From: Candidatus Bathyarchaeota archaeon
GTDB lineage: Archaea; Thermoproteota; Bathyarchaeia; TCS64
Direction: 5' to 3'
Assembly: GCA_026014515.1 (NCBI GenBank)
Contig: JAOZIG010000286.1
Span: forward strand, 1 to 60,425
DNA: 60,425 nt
Shown here: positions 10,083-18,279 of the stretch, one piece after another
Position numbering within the stretch: position 1 is the first letter of the stretch
Layout: the number at the start of each line of letters is the position of its first letter
Program-made: the position numbers and the translations under genes
The notes under the pieces: model-generated
What the model was told of the DNA's origin: nothing
What the model saw: only the letters and a program-made list of their open reading frames with translations
Databases searched by the model: none

Positions 10083-11276
10083 ATGAAGTTGAAAGTAATC
10101 TCAATTACGTTATTAATGATATTACTACTAGCTCCAGTTGGGCAACTTGTTTACGCCCAAGACACAGGAGACGGTGACACAGGTGACGACGGTACCGGTG
10201 ATGGTACTGGAGAACCCGGTGATACTAATAGCACTCTTCCCGACACAAATACCACTATTCCAATACCTGATGGTGACGAGAATAGCACCGACACCGATGG
10301 TGAAGACGACGGTGGAGATGGTAATATTGACTCCTTAGTCGTTGAGCAGATAAGAACAACGACCCAACTTAGATACCAAGAGTTATATCAGTTAATGTTT
10401 GGAACACTAGCTCCGGCACCTGATGATGGAACAGATGGGGAAAATGTCACAGGTACTGAATCGGAGCTTCCCGAAGATAACACCACCTACACGGGACCAG
10501 TAATTCCAGAGGATGCTGACCCGGCCCTAAGAAACGCCTTCATGCATGCATGGCAGGCAATGCAACAGGGAGAAGATGAGGATACCAACCCACAGGCAGC
10601 AGCAAACGCCTATATGAGGGCATTGAAGCAGTTGAGAAACGCGTATAGAAAATTCGAGAAAGACAATCCAACGGTAGTCGATAGTTTGACCGCTACAAAC
10701 GACACAATACCTGACGACGAGATACCTGATGAACCAACAGATGATGAACTAAATGAGATCCAACAGCAACTTGTTGAGCGTTTCCAAGAACGTTTCCAAG
10801 AAAGATTGACCTCAATGTATGAGAACTACAATAATGTGTCTAGTGGTCTTTCACCTGATGATGCGGTAAAGGCGTTGAACGCTCTAACCAAGGCAGAGCA
10901 GAAGCTACTACGAATACAAGCACGAATCGATGCAGGAAACACGACAGGTGCCTTAGATGACCTTGACAACGCTACTGATACTCTTGATGATGACTTTGAC
11001 TCCTTGGATGACGCAGCTGCCAGACAAATGTTCAAGACCATGAACAAGCTGGAAGAGCGCATACAAAAGATGGAGGAGAAGGCGGCTAGGAAGGCGGCTG
11101 CTGGTGAGGACACTTCAGAAGAGGATGCGCTACTTGCTGAACTGAAAGGGAACAAGAACAAGACAAAAGACGACTACAAGACCAATAACGGTAACTCTGG
11201 TAACAGTGGTAACGACAAGGAAACAGGTAAGCCAGATAAAGAAGAAAAAGAGAAGAAGCCTAAGAAAAACGAGTAG
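10083..11276 (+). CDS. Secreted acidic low-complexity/helical protein
   Basis: Signal peptide MKLKVISITLLMILLLAPVGQLVYA (start moved from 10014), D/G/T-rich tracts, many N-x-S/T sequons, helical core, K/E-rich tail with no TM anchor. Confidence 0.75.
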   Translation: MKLKVISITLLMILLLAPVGQLVYAQDTGDGDTGDDGTGDGTGEPGDTNSTLPDTNTTIPIPDGDENSTDTDGEDDGGDGNIDSLVVEQIRTTTQLRYQELYQLMFGTLAPAPDDGTDGENVTGTESELPEDNTTYTGPVIPEDADPALRNAFMHAWQAMQQGEDEDTNPQAAANAYMRALKQLRNAYRKFEKDNPTVVDSLTATNDTIPDDEIPDEPTDDELNEIQQQLVERFQERFQERLTSMYENYNNVSSGLSPDDAVKALNALTKAEQKLLRIQARIDAGNTTGALDDLDNATDTLDDDFDSLDDAAARQMFKTMNKLEERIQKMEEKAARKAAAGEDTSEEDALLAELKGNKNKTKDDYKTNNGNSGNSGNDKETGKPDKEEKEKKPKKNE

Positions 11277-11312
11277 TCTTTTCTCTTTACCTCCTTTTTT
11301 TCCATTTTTTAA
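11277..11312 (+). terminator. Oligo-T archaeal terminator
   Basis: tcttttctctttacctcctttttttccatttttt directly after the stop codon. Confidence 0.55.
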
Positions 11313-11436
11313 AACTTGTTTATTCTTTGGGGCTGCGTCCTCTGAGATAGAATCCTATTCCGGCTACTATTATGAATCCTGCTATGAAGTATAACCATTC
11401 CATATTTGAGAGGATGTTGGAGAAGTATTTGAACTC

Positions 11437-11940
11437 TTACTCGGTTTTGGTCCGCATATATACCACTAAGCTTGAGATTATTCCTATTACTAGCATGCCG
11501 TAGCCAAAGTATCTGTACGGGTAATATGTTGCTGTCTCTGGTTCAAGGAGTCTGAGGTAGTAGAAGCCCGCGTTGATATCAGTTGCTTCGCCTTCGATTA
11601 TGTTGCCTGTTATCTCGATGGTCCAGTCTCCGGGTCCGGGTAGTAGTAACTCTGTTGGGTTGTCTGTGATGTTCCATGGGATTGTTTCTCCCATTCCAGT
11701 GACGGTGAAGCTTGTGTTCAGGGTAACCATGCTGTTGCTCCAGACTTTTACGTATGGTGATACTCCATCATCTACGCTCTGGGTGCCTGTGTTGAAGCTG
11801 TATGTTGCTCCGTTTGATGTGTCTTCCCAGAGGGTTACTTGTTCTGGTGCTAGGTGGATTGTGTATGTCTGTGGTAGGAATATGAAGGCGACGCCTAGTA
11901 TTGTGACTATTAGTGTGATTGTGAGATAGTTTCTCTTCAT
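11437..11940 (-). CDS. Hypothetical membrane protein (TM helices at both ends, beta-rich ectodomain)
   Basis: Hydrophobic ends flanking a polar beta-rich segment. Confidence 0.7.
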   Translation of the reverse strand: MKRNYLTITLIVTILGVAFIFLPQTYTIHLAPEQVTLWEDTSNGATYSFNTGTQSVDDGVSPYVKVWSNSMVTLNTSFTVTGMGETIPWNITDNPTELLLPGPGDWTIEITGNIIEGEATDINAGFYYLRLLEPETATYYPYRYFGYGMLVIGIISSLVVYMRTKTE

Positions 11941-12001
11941 GTGTCAACATATTCTGGGTAATGTTATTAATACTATAGACTAGAACAGGAAATAGAACAA
12001 C

Positions 12002-12259
12002 TTGAACATCAGAGAGTTCCTGAAACCAAGTATCCCAAAGATATTGGTGACCCTAGTTTTACCCGCAGTGGTTTATGTTTTGTTGACTTTTAACTTGGAG
12101 GGTGTACTGGATTTCTACTGGTATCTTTTAACGCCTTTTTACAAGGTCTATGCTGATGTGATGTACAGGGAGTTTAACTGGTTTATCCTGCTCTGGGTTT
12201 CCTTTTACGTATCTGCATGCCTTATGGAAGCCGGGTATAGACGTGGTATGCGAGACTAG
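12002..12259 (+). CDS. Small hypothetical membrane protein
   Basis: 85 aa, hydrophobic, EFLKPS..KI N-terminus; TTATTAAATA box upstream. Confidence 0.6.
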   Translation: MNIREFLKPSIPKILVTLVLPAVVYVLLTFNLEGVLDFYWYLLTPFYKVYADVMYREFNWFILLWVSFYVSACLMEAGYRRGMRD

Positions 12260-12717
12260 GTCTTGACTGTGGGCATGGTTGCCTGTATGAGTGCCTTGGC
12301 GTAGTCTTTCTGGTTGTTGTATATGTTGTAGAAGTACTTGTCGCCATCAATTGTTTTGATCTCTAGTGGAGCTAGCATGCCGAGTGTTGAGAAGAATCCT
12401 GTCTTGAAGCTGCCTGATTCGACGTTGCTGTACCAGATCATGTAGTTGTCTTCGTCATTGGCTAATAGTTGGTTTAGGTCATGTTCTTTTTGTTTTTCTC
12501 GGTTGATGTCTTGTTGTGTTTGGTTGTCCATGGAGAAGGCTATTGCGCCTGATGGTCCGCTGATTCCGCTTCCCAGCATGGTTGCGATGAGGCTGCTTGC
12601 ACCTACTTTGACGCAGAGTAGTCGTTGGTCTGTGAATATGAGGTCGCAGCTTTTTTGTGTCCAGTTGCCTGGTGGTTTTGTTTGGACGTTTTCTATTATG
12701 CCTAGGATTTTCTCCAT
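12256..12717 (-). CDS. Hypothetical protein, possibly PH-like fold
   Basis: DLIFTDQRLL..., IWYSNVES, LEIKT..KYFY beta pattern, plus a Gly/Ser-rich hydrophobic segment. Confidence 0.6.
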   Translation of the reverse strand: MEKILGIIENVQTKPPGNWTQKSCDLIFTDQRLLCVKVGASSLIATMLGSGISGPSGAIAFSMDNQTQQDINREKQKEHDLNQLLANDEDNYMIWYSNVESGSFKTGFFSTLGMLAPLEIKTIDGDKYFYNIYNNQKDYAKALIQATMPTVKT

Positions 12718-12827
12718 TTCTGGTTCCTTCTATGGGTTGGTGTTTGTTGTGTCCCTTAACTGTGTTGGTGTCTACTGGTGGGTACTTTGGGGAAAAATTT
12801 TTCTTGACTGGGTTTAGCTAGATTGCG

Positions 12828-15800
12828 TTATTCGAGGTATTTTTTGCAGTTGTAGCAGTACCAGCGCTGGTATTGGGGTATCCAAGTGGCTTCTCCGCCG
12901 CATTCGCTGCAGTATTGTTGCTTTGGTTGTTGTTCTTGGATGGGTGTCTGTGGTTGTGTGTTTTGTGGGGTTTTCTTTCTTTGTCGGAGTAGTATGATGC
13001 CTCCTGCTGCTAGTGCTAGTAGTATGGCTGCTCCGAGGAATGGTCCCCACCATTTGTAGCCTGTGAGTGGCTCTGTTACTGTGAATGTCTTTGTGTCGGT
13101 TATTTCCCCGTTTATGATGAGGGTTATTGTCCATGTTCCCTGTGTGTTGGTGTAGTCTGTGAGGTCTAATGCGCTGTATACCCCTGTAGTGGTGGTGTCA
13201 TCCACTATGTATTCGAATATTATGGGTTGGTCTGGTCCTTGGAATATCCAAGTGATGTTGTCTCCTGGTGATGCTGATTCAAATTGTACTAGGCTGTAGA
13301 CGGTCTCTTCGATGGTATAGCTTGTTTTTGTTTGTGGTGTCTCTCCTACGTCGGGTATTGTGTCTGTTGTTGTGTGGGAGTTGAACACTATGCCTGTTGT
13401 GGTGGTGGTTTGTTCTACTGTGAGGCTTATCTGGGCGGTGGCTGTGTTTCCGTCGTCGTCTGATACTGTTAGTGTAATTGTGTGTGTTCCTAGGGTTAGG
13501 TTTGTCTGGACTGATTCACCTGTTCCTAGTACGCCATCTAGGCTGCTTACCCAGTTCAGGGTCGTCAACATACCGTCGTCTAGGTCGTATCCTGCCCCAG
13601 TGAGTGTTACTTCTTGTCCAGTTGTCTCACCGTCTGTGTAGGAGGTTATGAACGCGTTGGGTTGGTTCGTGGGTACACTGAATGTTCCGTATGTGGTTTC
13701 GCTTGTCCTGACGCCATCATGTCCTATGACCTTGATGTAGCAAGTGTCTCCACCGGGGAGTCCCTCGTAGTCGAAGCTGTAACTTGTCCCGGTAACGCCT
13801 ATGTCTAGTGTGATCCAGTTCGCACCATCGTTGCTGAATACAATCGTAGATGTGCACTGGTCGCTGTCAGGGTCTGATATGCTCCAAGATACCGTTGCGC
13901 CTCCACTTTGTTCGTTAAACGAGTCAATGCTTACGTTTGGAGAGTAGCTTGATACAGGTTCAGTTGTGATCAGTACATCGTCCTTGTAGAACTCGATTGC
14001 CGCTGTGTTATCAGGGAATAGCGTGCTGAAGCAGAAGAATGATTCATCCGCGTCGCCTCCAAAGTCTTGTTCATAGAGTACAGTACCCGTTGAGTCCACT
14101 AATTTAGCTGTGAAGCGCCCCTCTGGCCATGTGTCGGGTAGTCCATTGTATTCGATGAACTGTTGATCATATACTCCTGTGCTGTTCACCACGCCTCCAA
14201 TTAGTAACACCGGAACATGTGGTGGGTCTCCCAAAGCCTTGAGTAGCTGAAGATAGGTGTCTTGGCTTACCCATGAACTAAATGAGCCTCCGGCGTTGGT
14301 ACCCATGAAGCATCTGACGCTTGCTGTGTTTATCGTAAAGGCAGAGTGGCGTTCAGCCTCCACATCGAGATCATAGATTCTTCCATCTTTCAAGATTAGC
14401 CCTGTGACTGGGAATCCGTGTTCCGTGATCTTGTACTGCTCCGTCCATCTGTATAATCCTAAGAGGTGTGCCACCTCGTGTGCTGCGACTCCTACGAATG
14501 CTGTTTCCTTTATACCACAGCTTCGGGATGAGATATAGGCTGACGCGAATCCCTGTGTTGTCGTGGTTTCGGGTTTATCCCACCATAATGTTGTCGCAGG
14601 GAGCACAGCTACAAGCCTATTGTTTGATGCCGCTGAGTCCGCTGATAACCATAAAGTCGCCGCAATATATTGCCCAGAATAGGTAACCCTGTGGGATACT
14701 GGCCAGTAAGACCCAATGTTTCGTGGACTAATTGTGAAGGTGAACTTTGATTCTGGTAATGGGTAGACATCTTTGATGAACTCGATGTGTTTCTGGCAGA
14801 AACTGATGTATTCTCTTAGTTCCTGTTGGTCTTCCGGTGTTAGTTTTGTTGGGTCTGTGTTTGCCTTCCACTGCATGTCAACTGGGACGAACATTATTCG
14901 CAGTGGCTCCATTTCGGCTACCCGTACATCCCAGTCCATTCTCAATGATTTCCAGTAATCCTCTGGCATCTCGTAAGAAGTGTATAGGCTGTTGGAGTCA
15001 ATTTGTAGAGATAACTCATAGTCGCCGGGTTGATCTAATTTGAAGATAAAGTCGTGGTTTACTATCTTTGAGATCGCGTTTATTTTTCGTGTCTCAGAAT
15101 ATACTATCTGCCCTTCCTTCTTGGCGATTAACTCCACTTCTATCTCTGGCTTTGTGTATCCACTGGTGCCTCTTCTCGTGGGGCAGTTAAAGGTGACTCT
15201 GACTCCAGCCTCTTTTCCGCCGACAAGCTTGTAGATTTCCTCGTAGGGAATTGTCTCGATGGTCTGGACCAGTGATATTTGCTGGACATCAAACCAGATG
15301 GGCATCACCGAGATTTCTTTCTCCACATCATAATATTGACCGTCTATATCCGCTGTGATCTTTAGCGTCCATTTCTCACGTGTAGCTGTCGTAGGGTCTG
15401 TTACAAAGGGTATCTCGTAAAAGGCATTGTACTTGCCATCGGCTCCTGTGGAGAAACCACTGCTATAGTCGATTATGTTTCCGTCTTTATCGTAAACCTC
15501 GATACCGATCTCGGCGCCATATATCGGTTCACCGTTTTTAGTCACAGAGCCCGTGATATCCACTTTTTCTCTTGTTATGTACTTGGTTTTCGGAATCTCG
15601 GCGCTATGTACTACGTTTGAGTCGATTGTGAAACTGTATCTGTACTCTTGTTCGCTGTCAATCCATACGCTAATAGTCCATGTGCCCGGGTCGCTGATAA
15701 TCTGATTATATGTTGAGTCTGTTTGTTTGATGCTATGAGAAACAATATACTCGCTCCACTGGGTTAATCCCTGTGTGGAAGGGCTTGGAATCTCCACACG

Positions 15801-16724
15801 AGTATTCGTCAAGGTCTCTCTTTCTCTGGGGGTCTCCCACTCAATGTAGACGCTGTGAGTTCCTTTGACTTCCCCCAGTTTCATCCAGAAGATGATGTCA
15901 TCTCCGTATGTGAATGAGGTCTTTCGATCAACGGGTTCATTGTTCTGCAGACCTGTTGTAAAAGCCTGATCTAAAATCGTGTAGCTTGCCTCTTCCTCCA
16001 CCTCGATTGTTTTAACTATGAAATCGGATTTTCCCGTCGAGTCCCACACCTCTAACTCTAATGTATAGGAGCCCATCTGTGACGGAGTCCAGCTCCACGA
16101 CTCTAAATTATCATATTCAGTTCTATGATCGCCATTCAGGTACCATACAAGAGAAGTAATCTCAGCATTAACCACCGTAGAAGTGCTAGAAACCGTAACC
16201 TGATCCCCGGGCTGTGGCTTAGAAGGCGAGTAACTGAAATCAGCGTCCAGTACACTCTCAACGGTCTCAGTGTACCCAATGAAATATTTGACCGCTCCAC
16301 TTTGGGCATGGTATTTCCACCATTGTATCATCTCCATCTCGTCTGTGAAGTAATAGCCATCGTCATAGATTCGTGGCCAGAGCTGAATCTCTAAGACATC
16401 TCCCTGCTCTACGTTGAAGTTACCGCTACCGAACTCAGACTCTCCTTGATACCTCCAGTTTGGTAGCCAAGGACCATCAGTATAACCTGGGTCTTCAACG
16501 TAGAAGTATCCCCATGCATCTTTAGGCGCGGTCCATGTGAATACCTTACTCGGGTTGCTGATGTAAGTCTGCGTATCCGCGTTATACTCATAGACTCCCT
16601 CGGGCCAACTGTAAGTTGTTACAGTGCCGGTTTCCTCTTTGTACTCCTGAGCATGAACGGGTGTAACCAGCATACTTATTGAGAATAGTAAGATAAACCC
16701 GAGAACAACCTTAGACCTATCCAC
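12828..16724 (-). CDS. Large cell-surface zinc metallopeptidase-like protein (PKD/Ig domains, HExxH, TM anchor, cytoplasmic zinc ribbon)
   Basis: Signal peptide, PKD-like ADFSYSPSKP, AAHEVAHLLG, Ig-like repeats, TM (WWGPFLGAAILLALAAGGIILL), C-terminal CSECGG...WYCYNC. Confidence 0.8.
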   Translation of the reverse strand: MDRSKVVLGFILLFSISMLVTPVHAQEYKEETGTVTTYSWPEGVYEYNADTQTYISNPSKVFTWTAPKDAWGYFYVEDPGYTDGPWLPNWRYQGESEFGSGNFNVEQGDVLEIQLWPRIYDDGYYFTDEMEMIQWWKYHAQSGAVKYFIGYTETVESVLDADFSYSPSKPQPGDQVTVSSTSTVVNAEITSLVWYLNGDHRTEYDNLESWSWTPSQMGSYTLELEVWDSTGKSDFIVKTIEVEEEASYTILDQAFTTGLQNNEPVDRKTSFTYGDDIIFWMKLGEVKGTHSVYIEWETPRERETLTNTRVEIPSPSTQGLTQWSEYIVSHSIKQTDSTYNQIISDPGTWTISVWIDSEQEYRYSFTIDSNVVHSAEIPKTKYITREKVDITGSVTKNGEPIYGAEIGIEVYDKDGNIIDYSSGFSTGADGKYNAFYEIPFVTDPTTATREKWTLKITADIDGQYYDVEKEISVMPIWFDVQQISLVQTIETIPYEEIYKLVGGKEAGVRVTFNCPTRRGTSGYTKPEIEVELIAKKEGQIVYSETRKINAISKIVNHDFIFKLDQPGDYELSLQIDSNSLYTSYEMPEDYWKSLRMDWDVRVAEMEPLRIMFVPVDMQWKANTDPTKLTPEDQQELREYISFCQKHIEFIKDVYPLPESKFTFTISPRNIGSYWPVSHRVTYSGQYIAATLWLSADSAASNNRLVAVLPATTLWWDKPETTTTQGFASAYISSRSCGIKETAFVGVAAHEVAHLLGLYRWTEQYKITEHGFPVTGLILKDGRIYDLDVEAERHSAFTINTASVRCFMGTNAGGSFSSWVSQDTYLQLLKALGDPPHVPVLLIGGVVNSTGVYDQQFIEYNGLPDTWPEGRFTAKLVDSTGTVLYEQDFGGDADESFFCFSTLFPDNTAAIEFYKDDVLITTEPVSSYSPNVSIDSFNEQSGGATVSWSISDPDSDQCTSTIVFSNDGANWITLDIGVTGTSYSFDYEGLPGGDTCYIKVIGHDGVRTSETTYGTFSVPTNQPNAFITSYTDGETTGQEVTLTGAGYDLDDGMLTTLNWVSSLDGVLGTGESVQTNLTLGTHTITLTVSDDDGNTATAQISLTVEQTTTTTGIVFNSHTTTDTIPDVGETPQTKTSYTIEETVYSLVQFESASPGDNITWIFQGPDQPIIFEYIVDDTTTTGVYSALDLTDYTNTQGTWTITLIINGEITDTKTFTVTEPLTGYKWWGPFLGAAILLALAAGGIILLRQRKKTPQNTQPQTPIQEQQPKQQYCSECGGEATWIPQYQRWYCYNCKKYLE

Positions 16725-16773
16725 ATTGAATCAAACACCTAACAAGCATCCTCCAAATATAGGTTGTTGAAAA

Positions 16774-16849
16774 TGGAGCCGGGCGAGGGATTCGAACCCC
16801 CGTGGAGCCGCTCTGCAGGCGGCCGCCTAAACCGCTCAGCCAACCCGGC
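16774..16849 (-). tRNA. tRNA-Cys(GCA), intronless, CCA encoded
   Basis: Reverse complement GCCGGGTTGGCTGAGCGGTTTAGGCGGCCGCCTGCAGAGCGGCTCCACGGGGGTTCGAATCCCTCGCCCGGCTCCA; anticodon arm GCCGC-CTGCAGA-GCGGC; U73 discriminator. Confidence 0.97.
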
Positions 16850-16872
16850 GCAACAATGAGAGGCACGAACTG

Positions 16873-16879
16873 TTTTTAA
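16873..16879 (-). promoter_or_regulatory. TATA box candidate for tRNA-Cys
   Basis: TTAAAAA on the minus strand about 24 nt upstream of the mature 5' end. Confidence 0.5.
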
Positions 16880-16890
16880 TGTTTTGTGAT

Positions 16891-16967
16891 TGGTGGGACC
16901 GCCCGGATTCGAACCGGGGATCACGCGGACCCAAACCGCGTATCGTACCAAGCTTGACCACGGTCCC
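16891..16967 (-). tRNA. tRNA-Pro(TGG), intronless, CCA encoded
   Basis: Reverse complement GGGACCGTGGTCAAGCTTGGTACGATACGCGGTTTGGGTCCGCGTGATCCCCGGTTCGAATCCGGGCGGTCCCACCA; anticodon arm CGCGG-TTTGGGT-CCGCG. Confidence 0.97.
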
Positions 16968-16994
16968 AGTGCAAACCGATAAGGGCTAACCTGT

Positions 16995-17001
16995 TATTAA
17001 A
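16995..17001 (-). promoter_or_regulatory. TATA box candidate for tRNA-Pro
   Basis: TTTAATA on the minus strand about 28 nt upstream of the mature 5' end. Confidence 0.5.
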
Positions 17002-17009
17002 TGATACGT

Positions 17010-18224
17010 CTACCCATATCGTAGCTTGGAATTCTCAAGAGCAGCGACTACAGGCAGTGTTTCGCCTGCAAGCATGCTGAGCATGGCTCCTCCGCCTGTT
17101 GAAACGTGGCTCATGTGGTCGTTGATGCCTAGCATTGAGGCCATGGCTCCCATGTGGCCTCCTCCTACCACAGTGAATCCCTTACACCGCGCCATACAGC
17201 GTAACAACTCCTTGGTGCCAATATCGAATCCTCGTCTCTCGAACATCCCTAAGGGGCCTTCTGCTACTACTGTTCCAGCTTTCTCGATGGTGCTACTGTA
17301 GTGGGCGATGGTATTCAAACCAATATCGTAGATGTTCTTTTCTTCAGTGATTCTGTCGATAAAGACCTCTACTCTTTCACCTTTGACGTCGAGGGCGACA
17401 TCCATGGGTAACTGGATCTGATTAGGATACTTTTCGAGAATATCGCGACAGACATCAACTTGTTTTAGTTCCTCTTCGTTTAGTTCCTCGCAGCGTTTAT
17501 TCATCTTGCCTCGTGCCATCTGGAAGCTATCTGCGACGAGACCGCCGATGAGTATCTTGTCTGCTATATCGTCTTTGAGTACCCTGTTGATTACTGGTAT
17601 ACGGTCATCGACTTTTGCTCCTCCTAGGAGATATACGCTTGGGCGTTCAGGTTTGTCCAATACCCTGTTGAGTGCTCGTAGTTCTTGCTCCATGAGGCGT
17701 CCAGCTAGCATTGGTACTACGTTGCTGAGCCCTACTAGGCTTGCTTGGCTTCTGTGGGCTGCCGCGAAAGCGTCGTTTACGAAATAATCTACGTATTTGC
17801 TTAGAGTCTGCACGAGTTCTGTGTCTCTGAGTTCCTCCACAGGTGCTTTCTTGTTTTCCTCTTCCATCATTCTGACGTTATTGAGCACCAAGACATCGCC
17901 TTTCTTCAGCGTCTTGATCTCTTTCTGAGCGTCCTCACCAACAATGTCATCAGTGTACTTGACTGGGCGCTCCAAGTACATTTGAAGCACCTTACTATGA
18001 CTTTCAAGGCTTGTGAAGTCGTATTTTCCGGGGCGGCTTTGATGTGCCCCGATGATGAGTTTTGTGTCTTTGAGACTTCTGACTGTGGGTATGACCGCTT
18101 GTATCCGCGTGGCATCCAGTATCCTCTTGGAGTTAGGGTCGAGGGGGCTGTTGATGTCTGCTCGCAGGAAAACTGTCTTACCTGTTAAGTCTACATCATC
18201 AAGGGTGAGGAAGTCGTAAACCAT
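17010..18224 (-). CDS. pgk: Phosphoglycerate kinase (archaeal type)
   Basis: LRADINSP, AHQSRPG, NDAFAAAHRSQAS, LGGAKVDD, GPLGMFE, GGGH, HVSTGGGAML. Confidence 0.97.
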   Translation of the reverse strand: MVYDFLTLDDVDLTGKTVFLRADINSPLDPNSKRILDATRIQAVIPTVRSLKDTKLIIGAHQSRPGKYDFTSLESHSKVLQMYLERPVKYTDDIVGEDAQKEIKTLKKGDVLVLNNVRMMEEENKKAPVEELRDTELVQTLSKYVDYFVNDAFAAAHRSQASLVGLSNVVPMLAGRLMEQELRALNRVLDKPERPSVYLLGGAKVDDRIPVINRVLKDDIADKILIGGLVADSFQMARGKMNKRCEELNEEELKQVDVCRDILEKYPNQIQLPMDVALDVKGERVEVFIDRITEEKNIYDIGLNTIAHYSSTIEKAGTVVAEGPLGMFERRGFDIGTKELLRCMARCKGFTVVGGGHMGAMASMLGINDHMSHVSTGGGAMLSMLAGETLPVVAALENSKLRYG

Positions 18225-18279
18225 GATGTATCCCGGTGATTCGCATTACACTGTATGTTCTATAAAAAACTGTTCTTCC

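Noticed and set aside
10140..10330. GACGGT/GGTGAC-like short repeats
   Set aside because: They encode the D/G/T low-complexity linker and have no constant repeat-spacer structure, so this is not a CRISPR array.
16774..16800. Possible att site of an integrated element at tRNA-Cys or tRNA-Pro
   Set aside because: I saw no duplicate of either tRNA 3' end and no integrase in the window.
16739..16951. 70-aa minus-strand ORF
   Set aside because: It overlaps tRNA-Pro and tRNA-Cys and is spurious.
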